Shown: piece after piece, positions 26,881-42,305 of the stretch
Layout of the letters: each line of letters starts with the position of its first letter
Numbering within the stretch: position 1 is the first letter of the stretch
Source: the human T2T-CHM13v2.0 reference genome, Homo sapiens
DNA: 64,000 nt
Direction: 5' to 3' (one strand)
NCBI RefSeq assembly: GCF_009914755.1
Contig: NC_060936.1
Position numbers and translations under genes: made by a program
Notes under the pieces: model-generated
Databases searched by the model: none
What the model saw: the letters and a program-made list of their open reading frames with translations, nothing else
Told to the model about the DNA's origin: nothing

Positions 26881-27110
26881 GGAAGGAAGGCAGGAAGGAA
26901 TTGAGGGAGGGAGGGAAAAAGGGAGATGGGGAGGGAGGGAGAGGCTGAGAACTACAGGGAGAAGCAAAGAAATCAGAGAGCCAAGGACAGGACAAGGTGA
27001 GTGGGAAGATGGTCTTGTTGGACAGCCCTCAGAGAGCGGTATGTGCAGGCGCATGCACGTGTGTGTGTGTGTTTGTGTATGCATGTGTGTGTGTGTGCAT
27101 GTGTGTGTAT
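26875..27110. repeat. Purine-rich (GGAA/GGGA)n tract plus alternating (TG)n/RY tract
   Basis: Seven G3+ runs at 26905-26939. (TG)n/gcgcatgcacgt tract at about 27040-27110. Confidence 0.85.
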
Positions 27111-27439
27111 TGATGGAAGGGTAGGAAATGCAAGTGGAGGTTGCCCTAGGTCCATTTAAAGAGTTTGAAATAGAATAAATAGCAACTGAAGAGTTGTCTC
27201 ACTCCCCTAAAAGGAGGAAACATGCTCAGAGTGATTAAATATGCTATCCAAGGTTGCACAGCCTGAGGGGGTGAGAACCAGGAAAGTTTGCCCTCCACAA
27301 ACTGGAGCTGAAACACTGCCCTTGGAAGGGAGTGAGAACAGGGGCAAGTGTTGGCCTGAGTACTCAGTGCTGCTGCCTTTGGGATGTCCAGGTTCTTCAA
27401 GAGATTTTAGTGGTTGAGAAGGAAGTGACCTTGGTGAGG

Positions 27440-27890
27440 TTAAGTGAAATGGGCATTTCATAAATTGCTGGTGCCAACAGAAATTGATAACACTTTGAGA
27501 AGGCAGTTAGGCACCGAGCATTAGGAATTTCAAATGCTGACTGACTTTGAAATTTTACTTTAGGTATTGTAAGGGAATACTTCAAAACATGAAAAAACTT
27601 TATGCCCAAAGATATCCAGATATTTATAGCAAAATTATTCATAATTTGCAAGAAGCTAAACCACCTAAAATGTCTAAATATCCAACAATAGAAGATTAGT
27701 AAGCGAGAATATATCTACTTGATGGAATAGTATGCAGTTATTAAAAATAAAGTATATGAAGATTGGGTAAAAGTGAAAATACTTAACACAATGTTAAGTA
27801 AAAAGAATTGAGATTAATATTTTTACATGATATGATCTATAACATTATATTTGCATAATTATTATATATATGTAAAATAGAAAACACAGT
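27440..27890 (+). mobile_element. Old L1M (ORF2 end/3' UTR)
   Basis: attgctggtg, gatatttatagca...ttattcataat, aaatatccaacaatag, gatggaatagtatgcagttattaaaaat. Confidence 0.75.
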
Positions 27891-27893
27891 GTA

Positions 27894-28188
27894 GACTGGG
27901 AGCGGTGGCTCAGCCTGTAATTCTAGCACTTTGGGAGACTGAGGCGGGTGGATCAGCTGAGGTCAGGAGTTCCGAGACAAGCCTGGCCAACATGGTGAAA
28001 CCCAGTCTGTACTAAAAATACAAAAATTAGCCAGGCGTGGTGGTACTTGCCTGTAATCCCAGCTACTCGGGAGGCTGAGGCAGGAGAATTGCTTATCCCT
28101 GGAGGCAGAGGTTGCAGTGATCTGGGATCACGCCACTGCACTCCAGCCTGGGCGACAGAGTGAGACTCTGTCTCAAAAAAAAAAAAAA
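27894..28188 (+). mobile_element. AluSx-like
   Basis: Full dimer with central tactaaaaatacaaaaattagcc and a poly-A tail. Confidence 0.95.
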
Positions 28189-28319
28189 GTGATTAAAGCA
28201 AAATTAAGAGGAGATGTTTCTAGCACACCATAAAAAATATCATTTTTGTCAATTAAAAACAAATTTTAATAAAGAAAATATTTTTAAAATATAAATAATG
28301 GTCAATCTAAATTCTCTTT

Positions 28320-29293
<974 letters not shown>

Positions 29294-31819
29294 GACTGTG
29301 GGTAGTTTTTCTACCTTCATATTTTCTAGCATTTCCAAACTTTGTTTAATGACCATGTGTTATTTTCATAATGGGAAAAAAAAAACATGGTTTAAGGAAG
29401 ATGAGCCTTATAGTGTTCTGCCTGAAAGTCCCTCAGAGCCTTTGGGACTTGCTAAGCCAGAGGCCTCTGTGTCTGTACAAGAACTCACACCCACGTGCTG
29501 ACCTATAATGTCCCAGGTTCTGCCCACAGTCTACACTGAGAGGGTGTAATTTTCCATAGGCCAGGGACTCAAGTAAAAGCAGAAGTTGGCAGATGTAACA
29601 GCAACTGAGTGGGAAGAGAGAAGAGAGATGGCCTCCAACTCATACATAAAATCCAAGCGTTCATTCATTCATTTATCTATTCACCAATATTAAGCACCCA
29701 CTGTGTAGGAGGCACTGTTCTAGGCGCTGCAGATACAGAAGTAAACAAAATGACAAAGTCCTAGTTACACATTCTAGGAAATAAGATAGACCATCTATGA
29801 ATTAAGATTCAGCTAACTGTACTCCCTCCCTCATTTGAAGAAGTAGAGCCGCATGCCATACTGCTATTTACTGACAAGAGTGGTTTAGGAAACTTTGCGA
29901 AGTAATTACAGGTTTGATGACTCATAGCCATACTAAATGTGGCACCTGTAAACAGATACCTATGCGTGCCATGGTGTTTGTGACTGGGTTGGCTGGGTTG
30001 GGTATCACTGTTTCTAGAACAGGGCTTTCAGTATCGATTTCATATGTACCTATGTACACTTACAAATGTAACTCAAACTTCGCCTGATCTGGCCAGCCAG
30101 TGAGTACAAATGAGCTTATGCTAAAATAACAGCACACATTTCAGTAATGTGTTCTGCCAACCACATAAATGGAGACCTTTGCAATCTTTTCTCCCATGCT
30201 TGTATTTGGGAGCATCCAAGGGCATCTCGTGTGTTCACAAACACGCTTCTTATTTATGTTCTAGCAACCCAGCTACAGAAATAGCCATTTGGAGCAGCTT
30301 CTCAGCCCAGCCCTTCGTAGGCATTCTGTTTTCTTGCCCAGGAAGCGGTTTAAGAAATCCCCCAAACTACAGCTCTGGGGACAGAAAAACTCTCTTCTGT
30401 GGAGAAAGTATCCCTTTCCCCTAACACTGTGGAAAGACCGAGCTGAGCCAGTTCAGGTCAAGTGTTAGGACTCTGTAAGCACTAGCTCTAGAAGCAACTA
30501 ACAATGTCTGGGTTTACCCTGAGCAATGTTGCTTGTGAATCTTTGTCTCAGGGAGTTTCTTGTAAAAATCAGCACCTTCAGCTTCCGCCTGCAGACCCCT
30601 CTCTGCTGAGCACAAACCTAGTCCACAGGCTGGTCTGGGGAGCAGCCTCATGGTGCCTTCTCCACATTCTCAGCTCCAAGCCCCAGGCACAAATCTCCCC
30701 TCGGGTCACCAGACAGGCCTGGGCATGGCTAAATCTCAATTAAAGGCAAACAGGATGGGGAAAAATCAGTTTTAAAAAGATCAGGCAAGGTTTAGGAGAA
30801 TATGAGGGCAGAAAAATCCATCCCATACCACTGAGAAAGGAGGAATTTACAGAGAAGAGAGCAGGCTGGAAACAGCATTAAGCCACTCAAGACACAGTGA
30901 ATCAGAATGCAAATGGACCGACCCAAATAGGTACCTCCTCCCCATGCTGCTGGGTCCACTCTGTCTCACACATAACCCTCTGTCTTAGAACTGCTATAGA
31001 GGACAGAAGGCCTCAGAGAACCAGGAATGGAAGACAGAAGAGAGATTGCCAGGAACCATTTCTAAATTTTAATTCTGTAAGTTATAATCCAAGTTTTCTT
31101 TGATAGCAAGTTTTCCCCTGGAGAGACAGGTTAAGGGACCTTTCAGATGACACCTTCTGTCCCTTTCTCAGCGCTAGAAGGTCAGTTCAGGAACCTACTG
31201 TTAGTTCCAATGCCCTTGATTGAAGTTAGCAATTTACAGAAATAGACTCAAATCCCCCTTCAAGCTGGAGATCCTGGAGAGAATGCCCAGAGACAGAATG
31301 GGCCATCTCCAAGGCCAACTCAAATGCTGCCTGCTCCATGAAGCCCATCTGGAGCTCTCACTTTCAGATCCATACTCCTTCATCTTTTTCTCCTTCTTAT
31401 TAAGCTCTAGGAGATGTTGTTTTTGGCTCCCTTCACCCTCTGGTGTAGTGATTAACCTCTCCTGTGGCAGATGGCAGACCTCATTGCAGCATCCCTGCAG
31501 CCCCATGCAAAGCCTCCCTCCTGTAACAGACACTCAGTAGGCAATTATCGAGTCAAGTATGGTCCCAGAGAATTACTTATGAAGATGACTCCTGCAAAAG
31601 TGGTGAGGGATTTTCTGGCACTGTCTTTTCTGAAGACCCTGCTAGCACATGTTATTGTAATTGTCAGGATGTTCTCCAAAAGGGATAATGGCCTATCCAG
31701 AGCTGATACCCAGCCAGTTCAAATCTCTGCTGCATAAAGGCCTACACCTGTTCTGATTAGCCAGGGCCTTCTCCTTGGCCACTCCCACACACTCCTATGG
31801 TCTAGGTTCTCTGGACTCC

Positions 31820-32158
31820 CCACTGCCTTTGCATACTCTCTTCCTTCTTCCCCCATTAGGCAGCCCATATGCATCCTTTGAAGCCCAGCTTAACAGTGGC
31901 CTCCTGTGTGGAATCCCTCTGGCCTCTCCTCCCAGCGGAGGGAACACTCTTTCCTCTATGTTCCCTAGCACCCTGCACACTCCCATACAGCCCTTCTTCT
32001 ATGCTGAGATTGTTTTTGTTCCCAGCCCCCCAACTTATGTGAGCTTACGTTTGACTCGTCTTGGCAGATCCAGCAAAACACATTGCCTGGCAGAAGCAGG
32101 AACTCAACAAATGTTTCTTGAATGAATGAATGAATGAATGGGCATGACTCTTGCAAAT
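31820..32158 (+). mobile_element. L2 3' end with (GAAT)n tail
   Basis: tgcctggcagaagcaggaactcaacaaatgtttcttgaatgaatgaatgaatgaatg. Confidence 0.75.
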
Positions 32159-32587
32159 GTTTTCTAAAAAAGATGGCAAGGAAATCCCCTGAGACACTCA
32201 AAATTAACATTCCTATTAGTTTGTTATATACAGATTCATGTCTTGCTTTTTAAATTTAAAAATAATAAGGGCTAGGATTGAGGCCTTGCTAGGTGCTGAG
32301 TGTTTTACAAGCATTGTCTTGTTAGAATCCAAACAACCACCTGAGGCAGAGATAATTTTTACTTTATTTTACAGTTGAATTAACAGAAACTGAGAAAGGT
32401 TAAGAAATGTGTTCAGATGCATATAGTTGGTAAGTGGGAGTGTGTTTGGCTTGAAAGCCTGTGCTCTCGACTGTCTCACTTTCCATCTAACACACATTAC
32501 AGTCAGGACATTTTCCTATGTCATTAAGCTATTTTTAATGCCTTTATTATATAAAGGAGAAGCTTCTACACATGACTGACTGTAGTG

Positions 32588-32754
32588 CCTTATTATTCAA
32601 AGTGCGGTGCGCTCACCAGGCACGCTTACCACTTGGGAGCTTGTTAGAAATGCAGGATCTCAGGTTCCGTCCCAGATGTACTTACTTAATCTGAGTCTGC
32701 ATTTTAGCAAGATCCTTAGTGACATGTAAGTACATTGAAGTCTGAGAAGCACTG
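32588..32754. mobile_element. MER5-family hAT MITE
   Basis: tgggagcttgttagaaatgcaggatctcagg...tctgcattttagcaagatcc...aagtctgagaagcactg. Confidence 0.8.
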
Positions 32755-32762
32755 GTTTCTGT

Positions 32763-33096
32763 CAGGAATCAGCAGACCACAGCACACAGGCCACTCTAGC
32801 TGCCCCCGGGCCCCCACTCCGTTTCTGTATTGCCCTGAAGCTAAGAATGGTTTTTACCATTTCAATGGTTGATAATTTTTCAGAAAAGGAATACTATTTT
32901 GCAACATGTGGAAATTATATGAAATTCACATTTCAATGTCCATAAATGAAGTTTTATTGAAACAAGTTCATTTATTCACATACTGTCTATGGTTTCTTTT
33001 GTGCTACAACAGCAGACTTGAGTAGTTATAATGGACTGTGTGGCCCACAAAGATATTTACTATCTGGTTATTTATGGGAAAAGTTGGCCGACCCCT
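32763..33096. mobile_element. MER58B hAT MITE
   Basis: caggaatcagcaga...gctaagaatggtttttac...aaagttggccgacccct with degenerate TIRs. Confidence 0.8.
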
Positions 33097-35889
33097 TTCT
33101 AACTCTATCCCTCATCTGTCACCCACAGCTCTATGGTTCAGAATGCAAGTGGAAAAAAGGGCAACCGTCATGTCGGAAGACTAAGAGGGAAAGAGCATCC
33201 CAGTGAGACCCAGATTTCAGCTGAGGCCTGAGGGCTGAGGGAATCTACCATGGGGTAAAAGTCCAGAGCGTAGAGGAAATGGGGGTGAACATGAGGTGTG
33301 GTAAGGCAGGGGTTAGGAGGCAAAACAATGAAAACATGAGAGTAGAGGAGAGTGTGGATGACTTTGGAGGCGGCTCCTCAAAGGTAAGCGTGGAAGTCTG
33401 GCCAAGGCCAAGGATGAAAGATCAGTGCAGGTTTTAGCCTCAATTTTTGCCCACAAAGCCTCAATTTTCTTAAGGCTGCTGCAAGCTGAAGGGTTGGGTG
33501 GTATCCACGTAGTTGAAATTGACAGACTTTTCCTAATGTCTCCAAGCTGTGAGGGCGACAAGTATTCTCATCCCTAAGAGGAAATGCTAAACTTGATGTG
33601 TACAATGATGAAATTAACTAGCTCTCTATCCTGAAATGGAAGCTGTAGCTGCCTGCATAAGGAGCTTGTTACATATGCCAACTCCCAATCCCACCCTGAG
33701 ACAGTCTGATTCAGTGGGAATTTGTATTTTAACAAGCATGCTACATAATTCCGATCCTTTGAGAAAGACTGCCTCTGTGAATGAGACAACTCAAGCCTCT
33801 GGAAGGAGTTAGCTGCAGCTTGAGAAGGTGATGCTTCTAAAAGCAATCGTTTATATGGGTGAAGGTTTTCTGTTTTCTGGAGCTGTGTAAGACTTCAGTA
33901 AGAGGCAGTGGCATTAGAGAGGAATTTATAGGCTCTATCTGCTAATGAGCTGGGGGCAAGCAGAATGCTGCAGGCATCTGAGAAACCTGCAGAAAGGCAT
34001 TAGCTAACAGAGGTGTCCGAGGAGCTTAGGACTGACACTAAGGGTCCTAATCCAAAGAATGCCATCAAGTAAGATGTGGAGCACACGATGGCCAAAGAAC
34101 AGAAATACCTGCCTCTCCCTAATGATGTGAAGATCTCAAGTGATACTTAACATATTGGGGTGCTCAGAGTTCAGGGTCACCCTAGGCAGGTGGCAGATCT
34201 CATATGTACTTGCAGTTGTCTCAGTTTTGTTACATTTCATCCCTACTCCCACCATTCCCACAGTCTGTATGACTGCATATATATAATTTCCCTCAGGTGC
34301 TAGATGGGGGCTTGGTACCAAGTAAATTATGACATGGGACCCCAAGGAATCTCTGACACAGGAGAGACACACAATGACAACTTATTTTTCACAGGTTACA
34401 AAAATAAAAATATCAGGTGTCATGAATACAAGGCATTGTCTCATGAATTAATAATTTAGTTTCCTAAAAAAGATGGATAGGCGAAAGAAGGACAGGATGG
34501 GAAATTAGTGCTTGTTTTAATCTGCTTTGGAGCTGCCAAGGAAAACCAGTTGTCTTCTCCGTTTTTCTGTGCTTCCTGGAAATCATGCTGGAAGCAACCA
34601 GATTTGAGGCGCAGCATGAAACATCTGTCCTGTTTTGGCTTCTCATTGAGATGTTCATTCAGCTTTTGCATACAGCACCTTGCTGCCTTGAGACAAAATT
34701 TTAAAAACAAAAAAGCATTGCCAGGCTTTTTAAGCTATTGTGCAGGGTTGCTATTAGGAACTCACTGCACTTAGACTCTCCAGCCCACCCAGGAATATAG
34801 GTCTGACCCTTAAGGATAGTAAATAAGGGAGTGAAATCCAAGAAAGGCTGACACTCCCTGTGCAGTTATTTTTCAACCCAGAGGCTGCTTCTGCATATGA
34901 TATCGCTTATGTAACTTTTCTTTGCAAGGACTCCTCTGGTGCCCCAATCTAGCCTCCACACCCATCCCTCCCCATATCATCAGCACAATGACATTTTTGC
35001 TGCTCCACCCAGCTGCGAATTTGCCAACAGTTTAAGGATGTGGACATTGAGTAAACAAAGACACAAAATTGAAGTTGGCTTTTGTGCAACTAGCTTTTAG
35101 GAGTTGCAGTTCTGTTCTTTCAGGTTTAAAGTTTCAGTGCAGTAGAATAAGACTGCCCAAACAATATTGCAAAGCTGCTTAGGAATTTCCATCACTAAAA
35201 ATAGTATTATGTTACTTTGGGATAAAAGATTTTTAATTTATAGTGTAGCTCCCATGTAAGGATATGTATATTAACCTAGAACAACCTTGCTAGTTTCCAT
35301 ACGCCAGACTTAAAAATAAATTTATGATTAAAACCTTTTTAAGAATTCCAACAATACTGAGTGACCATCAATTCTTTAGAAAATGGGAACTAATTAATGG
35401 AAATTTTCTTCAAAGAATCTGACCTATTAAACATGATATTAAATATTCATCTATTTTAAAAGCTGCAAATGTCAATGAAAAAAATAAAGCTGTCAAATGC
35501 TAGGAGCATTTCATTAAGAAAGCAGCTTCAAACATTGATGAGAGTTTTATAAAGTTAGGAACTCTCAAGCTTTACCTCCTAGTGAAGAAGTTACTAATAT
35601 TGTCTTTATTATAATCAAAATGCCAAAAGAGCAGGAAAACAGCAGTATGGGGCCCTGAATTGAAGTCCCTCTTTTTCCATGTTTCTACTAGCCCAGCCCT
35701 TTTGTAAATAAAACCTTTATACAACTAAAGCAGCACTGACTTCAATGGGAAGTTATGATATCAGTGCTACAGTGAAATGGATTGCTACAAACAGAATAAG
35801 AGAGGAATAGATTGGATAATCAACACATATAGCAACTCAAAAGGATCGTTTTAGTGATTTCTTTTAATCTTCTCTACTACTAAGTATTT

Positions 35890-36942
35890 CACATAAGGAT
35901 GCTTTTGGCTGCAAGTAACAGAATATCCAACTAACAGTGGCATTAAAAAAAGGGGTTCTGGTTTTCTATTGCTATAATATATAACAAACCAAAATTTAGT
36001 GGCTTAAAATAACATTTATTTTGTTCCTAGTCTGCAATTTGGGAAGGGCTTGGTGGGTGGCAGCTTGTCTGCTCCACTTGGCACCAGCTAGGGCACTTGA
36101 AGACTGGGGCCAGAGTCATCTGAAGGCTGCTTCACTCTCATGTTTGACAGTTCTTGCTGAGAAGACTCAGAGAGCTAGAGGCTGGTACAGCTGGGGCTCC
36201 TCAGGCATCTCGATTTCTGTGTGTTCTCCCACATGAGTTCTTCAGCATGGCAGCTTCAATGTAGACTGACTTCTAACATGTCAGCTCAAAGCTCCCAAGG
36301 CACATGTCAGAGAGAAGAAAAAGGCAGAAACCGCATCACTTGTGAACCTAGCATGGAGAGTCATGCAGTGTCACATCTACTGAATTCTACTAGTTAGAAT
36401 CAAGTGGGTAAGGCTGGCCTATATTCAAGGGAGGGTGAATTAGACTTTGCTGGGAGGAGTGTCAAAGAATTTGTGGCCTTGTATTAAACCTACCACAAAG
36501 GGATTTATTTTTCATGTATGATGTCTAAAGGGAAGCAGTACTGTATAATATGGGGCTCCATGATCTAATAAAAACCAAGGGTTCATCTGTTCATCTATAA
36601 TTCTGCTCTACCATTTTTAGATTGGCATATTGTCTCAAAGTTGCAAGCTGACTGCTATAGATCCAGACATTGTAGCCATGTTCAAGACCAAGAGGGGTGG
36701 AAAGAATAGTGCCTGCAGTTCTGGCCTCTTTTATTAGGAAATCAAAAGCCGTTCCCAAAACCCACCTCAGCAGAATTCTGCTTATGCCACATTGGCCAGA
36801 ACTGTTACAAGGCCACCCCTTGCTTCAAGGGAGGTTAGAGCAGTGAATATTCAGCTTCTCCTTTCTCTACTGTAGAGGTCAGCGAGGATGAAGAGAGCCA
36901 GAAATGGGCATTGGGTCAGTCAAGCCATGCTTCTGACCTGCA
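35890..36942 (-). mobile_element. Old MaLR LTR (MLT1J/L-like) split by a younger MLT1
   Basis: ggatgcttttggctgcaagtaacagaa...cagtggcattaa at the left, and cattggccagaactg...tgcttcaagggagg at the right. Confidence 0.65.
35955..36497 (-). mobile_element. MLT1G-like MaLR LTR
   Basis: ttttctattgct...aaaatttagtggcttaaaataac ... aaacctaccaca. aaggg flanks both ends (35950-35954 and 36498-36502). Confidence 0.75.
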
Positions 36943-38926
36943 AAGCCTCCATATCAGACCCAAAAATTCACAAGTAAGTAAGTAAGAGCTTCAAAGAACT
37001 TCTCTCCCTCAGCCAGGGTTAACTATAAAATGACCCAAATATGCTTAACAGACCAAAAAAAAAAATTGGCTAATGAATGGAACTATTTACAACTGTATTT
37101 TTGCAAATAGAATCAAAAGCTAGATATTGAATTAAATGAATTGTTTCTACAGTTTAAACAGGAAGCAGAATGGGTTTCCCACAGAGCCATTTGCCGGCAA
37201 GATAGGAGGGACAAGGAAGAGGAGAGACCACTGACTTGTGATAAAATGTGAAAGCTGCCCTGCAGATTACCTTGGCTTCAGAGGCCTGGGGCCTAAAAAT
37301 AATTTGGGGGCAGGGCAAAGAGGAACTCTTCACTTGTAAACCTAACCCAAATTCTATATCTTATTTTATAGAACATTCCTTCTTTTAACCTTGTTACTCA
37401 CTAGTGAATGGAAACAGGAAAAACATTGTGAGTTGATGGATTTTATCTAACCCATCTGCAACGATTATTCAAATGTAAGCTTTAAAGTTTTATAACATTT
37501 AGCTAAAGAAGAATCAAAACTCTTTTCTTTGCCCCGTGTAAGCACAAACACTCTCCTCGCCCTGCCAATTTGCCAGTCTACTGTCTCATGCTATGGTCTC
37601 ATACAAGGATAAAAAAAATCACACCACAGCAGATATTTTTATAGACCCTTCATTCATACAAGCCTTGGCATATGACCGCAACAATAGCTAAAACTGAAAA
37701 ATGAGACAACTGGATTTACTGACTGATAGTGTCTAGAACTCTCTCCCAGGTAATTTAATAGATGTACGTGAAAATGTGTGCTTTAAGGAGGACGCTGAAT
37801 GTGAAGAAAGAATGCAACCACAGTGAGAGCTCCAGTACAATCCCAGGCTACAACTTCCAATGTCTGGTTCATCCTCAGAGAAAAAGGAATGAGGAAAGGA
37901 AATATTTTCCTTTAAATTGAAAGAACTCTGACATAAGGAAATTAAATAATTGATCCAAAGTGATGTTGCTCCTATTAAACAGAAAAAAAAGCACCAAGGC
38001 CTTTGCAAGCACTCCCATTAACAGTTTAATTTAGAATAGAAAGTAATGCAGGTCTTTATTCTAAACAATGGCCAACTTTACCTAACACGAAATAGACTCT
38101 TCTTAAACAAAACTCATAAAACATATACTATGGGAGTTACCAACCATTTTCTGAATTATTTATAAGCTAATGCTCTGCTTTCAATGTTTCTATCAGCTGC
38201 AAAATTTAATTAAGAAGCAAAGAATGGGCTTATAGAGATCATGACCCTACATATTTCTTACTCATATTTCAAATTATAATCATGTCATGATGAAGTTTGA
38301 TCCTCGTGGAGTGTAACAAAATAATATATTTGAACTTTTTATTATTACCAGTTTAGAGACCTACTATAAGATACTTCAGATACTCCCAAACCACATAGCA
38401 AAATTCGTAAGTGCAGTAATTACCATAAATGTACTCTGTAACTCTCAAAAGCAACTGCCAACAGTTCTAGGCCCAGGATAAGTGTTCAATTCATACTCAT
38501 TAAATTTCATTGAATATTCAACATCTTTCACAAACTCATATATAATCTTTGTGTATGAAAATATTTTTGAGATTGAATATTCCCCACACTCATTTCCAAC
38601 TAGAAATTCCCATTGGGTTTTGAATGAAAAGATTTATTAGATCTACTCAATTAGGTGACAAGATTAATAGTCCCCATTAAACCCTAATTTGCTTTTTATT
38701 CCGCAAAGACTAACACAGATGTAAAACAGGTGTTGGCCACTCCCAGAACATATGCCTAAGACAACAAGCAAGCTGAGAGTAATTTGGTACACGAACTGGT
38801 TGTCCCTTCCATGCCACCTCTCCATTGACAGTTATGCTGGAAATGAGATTTAACAGCAAAGATTTCTCTTTCCTACACCATGCCCAACTTCCTCAGTGCT
38901 AGTAGCTTTGGATGTGAGAGGAAGAC

Positions 38927-38975
38927 CACACACACACACACACACACAGACACACACAGACACACACACACACAC
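38927..38975. repeat. (CA)n microsatellite with two GA interruptions
   Basis: Directly visible. Confidence 0.95.
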
Positions 38976-39029
38976 TGAGTTTAGATCAACAAGCATCTAC
39001 TGAGTGCCCATTACCAGGTGTCATGCTGG

Positions 39030-39280
39030 AATTATAGGCACAGGTGGAGCCTCAGGAGTCAAGCTCTCTGAATTCACACCCCAGTTTATCTCTCAGTAGC
39101 TGGATAGCCTCAGGCAAGTTCCTCAGCCTTTCTAAGCCGTAGCTGCTTTACCTGCAAAACAAGGATACTAATAACACCTACTTCATGGGAGTTTGTGACT
39201 ATCAAATAAGATAATTCGTATACAGTTGCCTGGCATCTAGTATGTGCAATAAACTGAGCTATAATCACCACCATCATCAT
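39030..39280 (+). mobile_element. MIR
   Basis: caggcaagttcctcagcctttctaagcc...aataacacctacttcat...tgcctggcatctagta. Confidence 0.75.
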
Positions 39281-39469
39281 CGCAGCATAGCCTCAGTCTT
39301 TATCCCCAGGTAAACTAGGGTGAAAAGACACATAAACAGATTATGCCCATTTTTTGTGAGATGGTAAGTGGACTTCAGAAAAGAGGCACTTAGCTCAACG
39401 TGGAATGCAAGGAAGGTCTCTGAGCTGAGAGTCAAAAGGTGAGTAGAGTTAGCTGGATAAAGAGAGTTA

Positions 39470-39879
<410 letters not shown>

Positions 39880-39929
39880 TCACAAGAGGTCTCATAGGTC
39901 ATGTTGAGGTGACTGAATTTCCTCCTTAT

Positions 39930-40200
39930 AGACCAAATTTCCTAAGACAGTTTACAGAAATTTCTAGTGTTCACAGAGGCATTTCATGAAAAATTCCTTG
40001 GTATTCCTCAACATAATAGCTTCACTGTGACTTCTTTTTGAAGCATCCTAAATTTCACCCCTTTAGTAATTCACAGTGCATGCGTTAGCATGTTGAAGGC
40101 TCTGAGAAGTTTTACAATAAAGGAACCTCTTTGCCTCAATTTAGCTCAATATTTTTTAAATAGATTGTACTTCAGGACACCATTTTTACAGAATGCTGAA
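39930..40200. mobile_element. MER103C-like hAT relic
   Basis: ttcacagtgcatgcgttagcatgttgaaggctctgagaagttttacaataaaggaacct. Confidence 0.6.
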
Positions 40201-41364
40201 AGATATTTTGCCAGATTTTAACAAGAGTAATGAATTGGGCAGTTTAGCTTCATAAAATTGCTCTAGCTACAGAGATGGAGTTTAAAGGAGCACGCTTGGA
40301 GAGAAGATGTGAAATGATGGTGAGCCGGGACAGAGAAGACAGAGCAGATTCAAAAAAATATTCAGGAGGTAAAATCTGTAGGTTTTGCTGGTAACAGTGG
40401 AGTGAGGGAGACACAACTGTCTAGAATAATACTTGGAGTTCTGGCTTGAGTGAAAACAATAGTAATGCCACTTACTTCAAAAGTAATACAGAAAAACATG
40501 ATGTTCGGAAAGGAATGAGGGATGGGTAAGGTAAAAAACTTAGTATGAGACATCCATGAGTCTTCCAAGTGAAATAATAGGTAGCAATGCGTCACTAAAC
40601 CATTCTTCAGTCCTAATCTAAACCAGGTCATCTGACAAGTAATTCCTTTCTCTTCCTTAGGAGTCAAAATTTTTAGGTTAAGATTCCATAATGCATTGTG
40701 TTCATTTTAGCAGCAAATTTACTAATAATAAGGTTATTATTTAATCATTAAAACACTCAGGCTTTTCTTAATGCATTCGCAAATTAAAATATGCAAATGT
40801 ACATATGTAGACAGGTGAATATTGCATTACTCAAGATAAATTACTTAAATTCTCACTTAAAAAGTGAATCTGCAGTAGAGCTACTACCATTATCCAAATG
40901 TCACAAATATACCTAAATAGGTTAATTTTTAATATATATTGTAGTGAATCATTTAACAAAACTAATTTTTATCTTTTTTTTCTATCTCAGCTTCTTAAAA
41001 GCAAAAGATACATCTTCATCTTTGTGCCCTGAGGGTTCAAAGCAGTTTAAAACACATGGAAAGTATACATTAAAATCTTGTTGAATTAATAAAATTAATT
41101 AAAGCAAGTCACAGTAATAAATACAAAATTGACAAGTTTTCAACTCTACTCTGTCACTAATTGATCTCATCCGCCCTCTTCGCTTTACATATGATCTACA
41201 TGCTAATGATTTCCAAACTGTTATCAGCTCTGCTCTCCTTTTGAACTGTTATCATCTCTGCTCTTCCTTTCAACTTTGAAAGTTGAACTTTCAACTTGAG
41301 GCTTATAATTTCAACCTTACTTGACTTTTCCATGTGAATGCTTACCAGAGACCTTAAACTTCAT

Positions 41365-41888
41365 GTGTCCCTGGTAGCATTACTGGTTGCCTACCTTCAC
41401 AGTATCCTTTCACCTCTTACTTCCTATAAAAAGCCTCCAATTTTGTTCAGTGAGCCACTGTGACCAGCTAAAAAGCTCAGCCTCCCTTGCAGCTGGAATT
41501 GGACACATGATATAATTTTGGTACATAAAGTGGAGGTCTGGGGTATAGATTTCTGAAAAAGCTTTTGCTTTCCTGACATAGGCACTACCCCTACTTCTTT
41601 CAGCTTTCCCCTTCTCCTGTCTTACATGCAGACCCTATGCCTAAAGCTCAGTCCCTCTCTTACATAGGTGAGAGTGAAGGACATGATAAGGATGCTCAAG
41701 GAGAAGAGAGAATGTGCCTGCGATCTCAGTGGCATTTGTGAGCTACCATACCAGCTGAGTCTGCCTATTTTTGACACACTTTTGTGTGGACAATAAATTA
41801 ATTGATTAATCAAAGAGCTTGTTTGCTTAAGATATGGTTTGTCAGGATTTTGGTTCCTCTGCAGCTGAACACAACCACATATGACATA
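41365..41888 (+). mobile_element. MLT1L-like old MaLR LTR inside an L2 (+, about 41150-43470)
   Basis: ctggttgcctacc...ccaattttgttcag...agcctcccttgcagct...aaagcttttgctttcctgac...ctctgcagctgaacacaa. Confidence 0.6.
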
Positions 41889-42305
41889 ACATACAAAACA
41901 AACATTTTGATTTTCATCTTCAAAGAGCACCTGATGACCACCTCCCCAACCATCTCACAGACCTATTTCTTTCCCAGTCATAAACATGTCAGTTTCTACC
42001 ATCACCATTCATTTGGTAGCTTAAGAAAATATAAATTTGGGTATGTCCCTGATGCCTCCTCTCTGTCTTTACCTCTAAACTATATCTTCAAACCCATCTT
42101 CTCTCTTCTTCCACCACCTAGCCATCCAACCTATCATCATAGCCTCTCAGCTGCCCACTCTGCTGCAGTCTTGACCCCCTGCAATCATCCTCCACATAGC
42201 ATTCAGAGCAATCATTCAAAAACACCTATTAGGTCACGTCACTCTCAATTTTAAAAACTTCCGATTGCTTCCTATTTTACTCATAATAAAATCCAAGTGC
42301 CTAGC

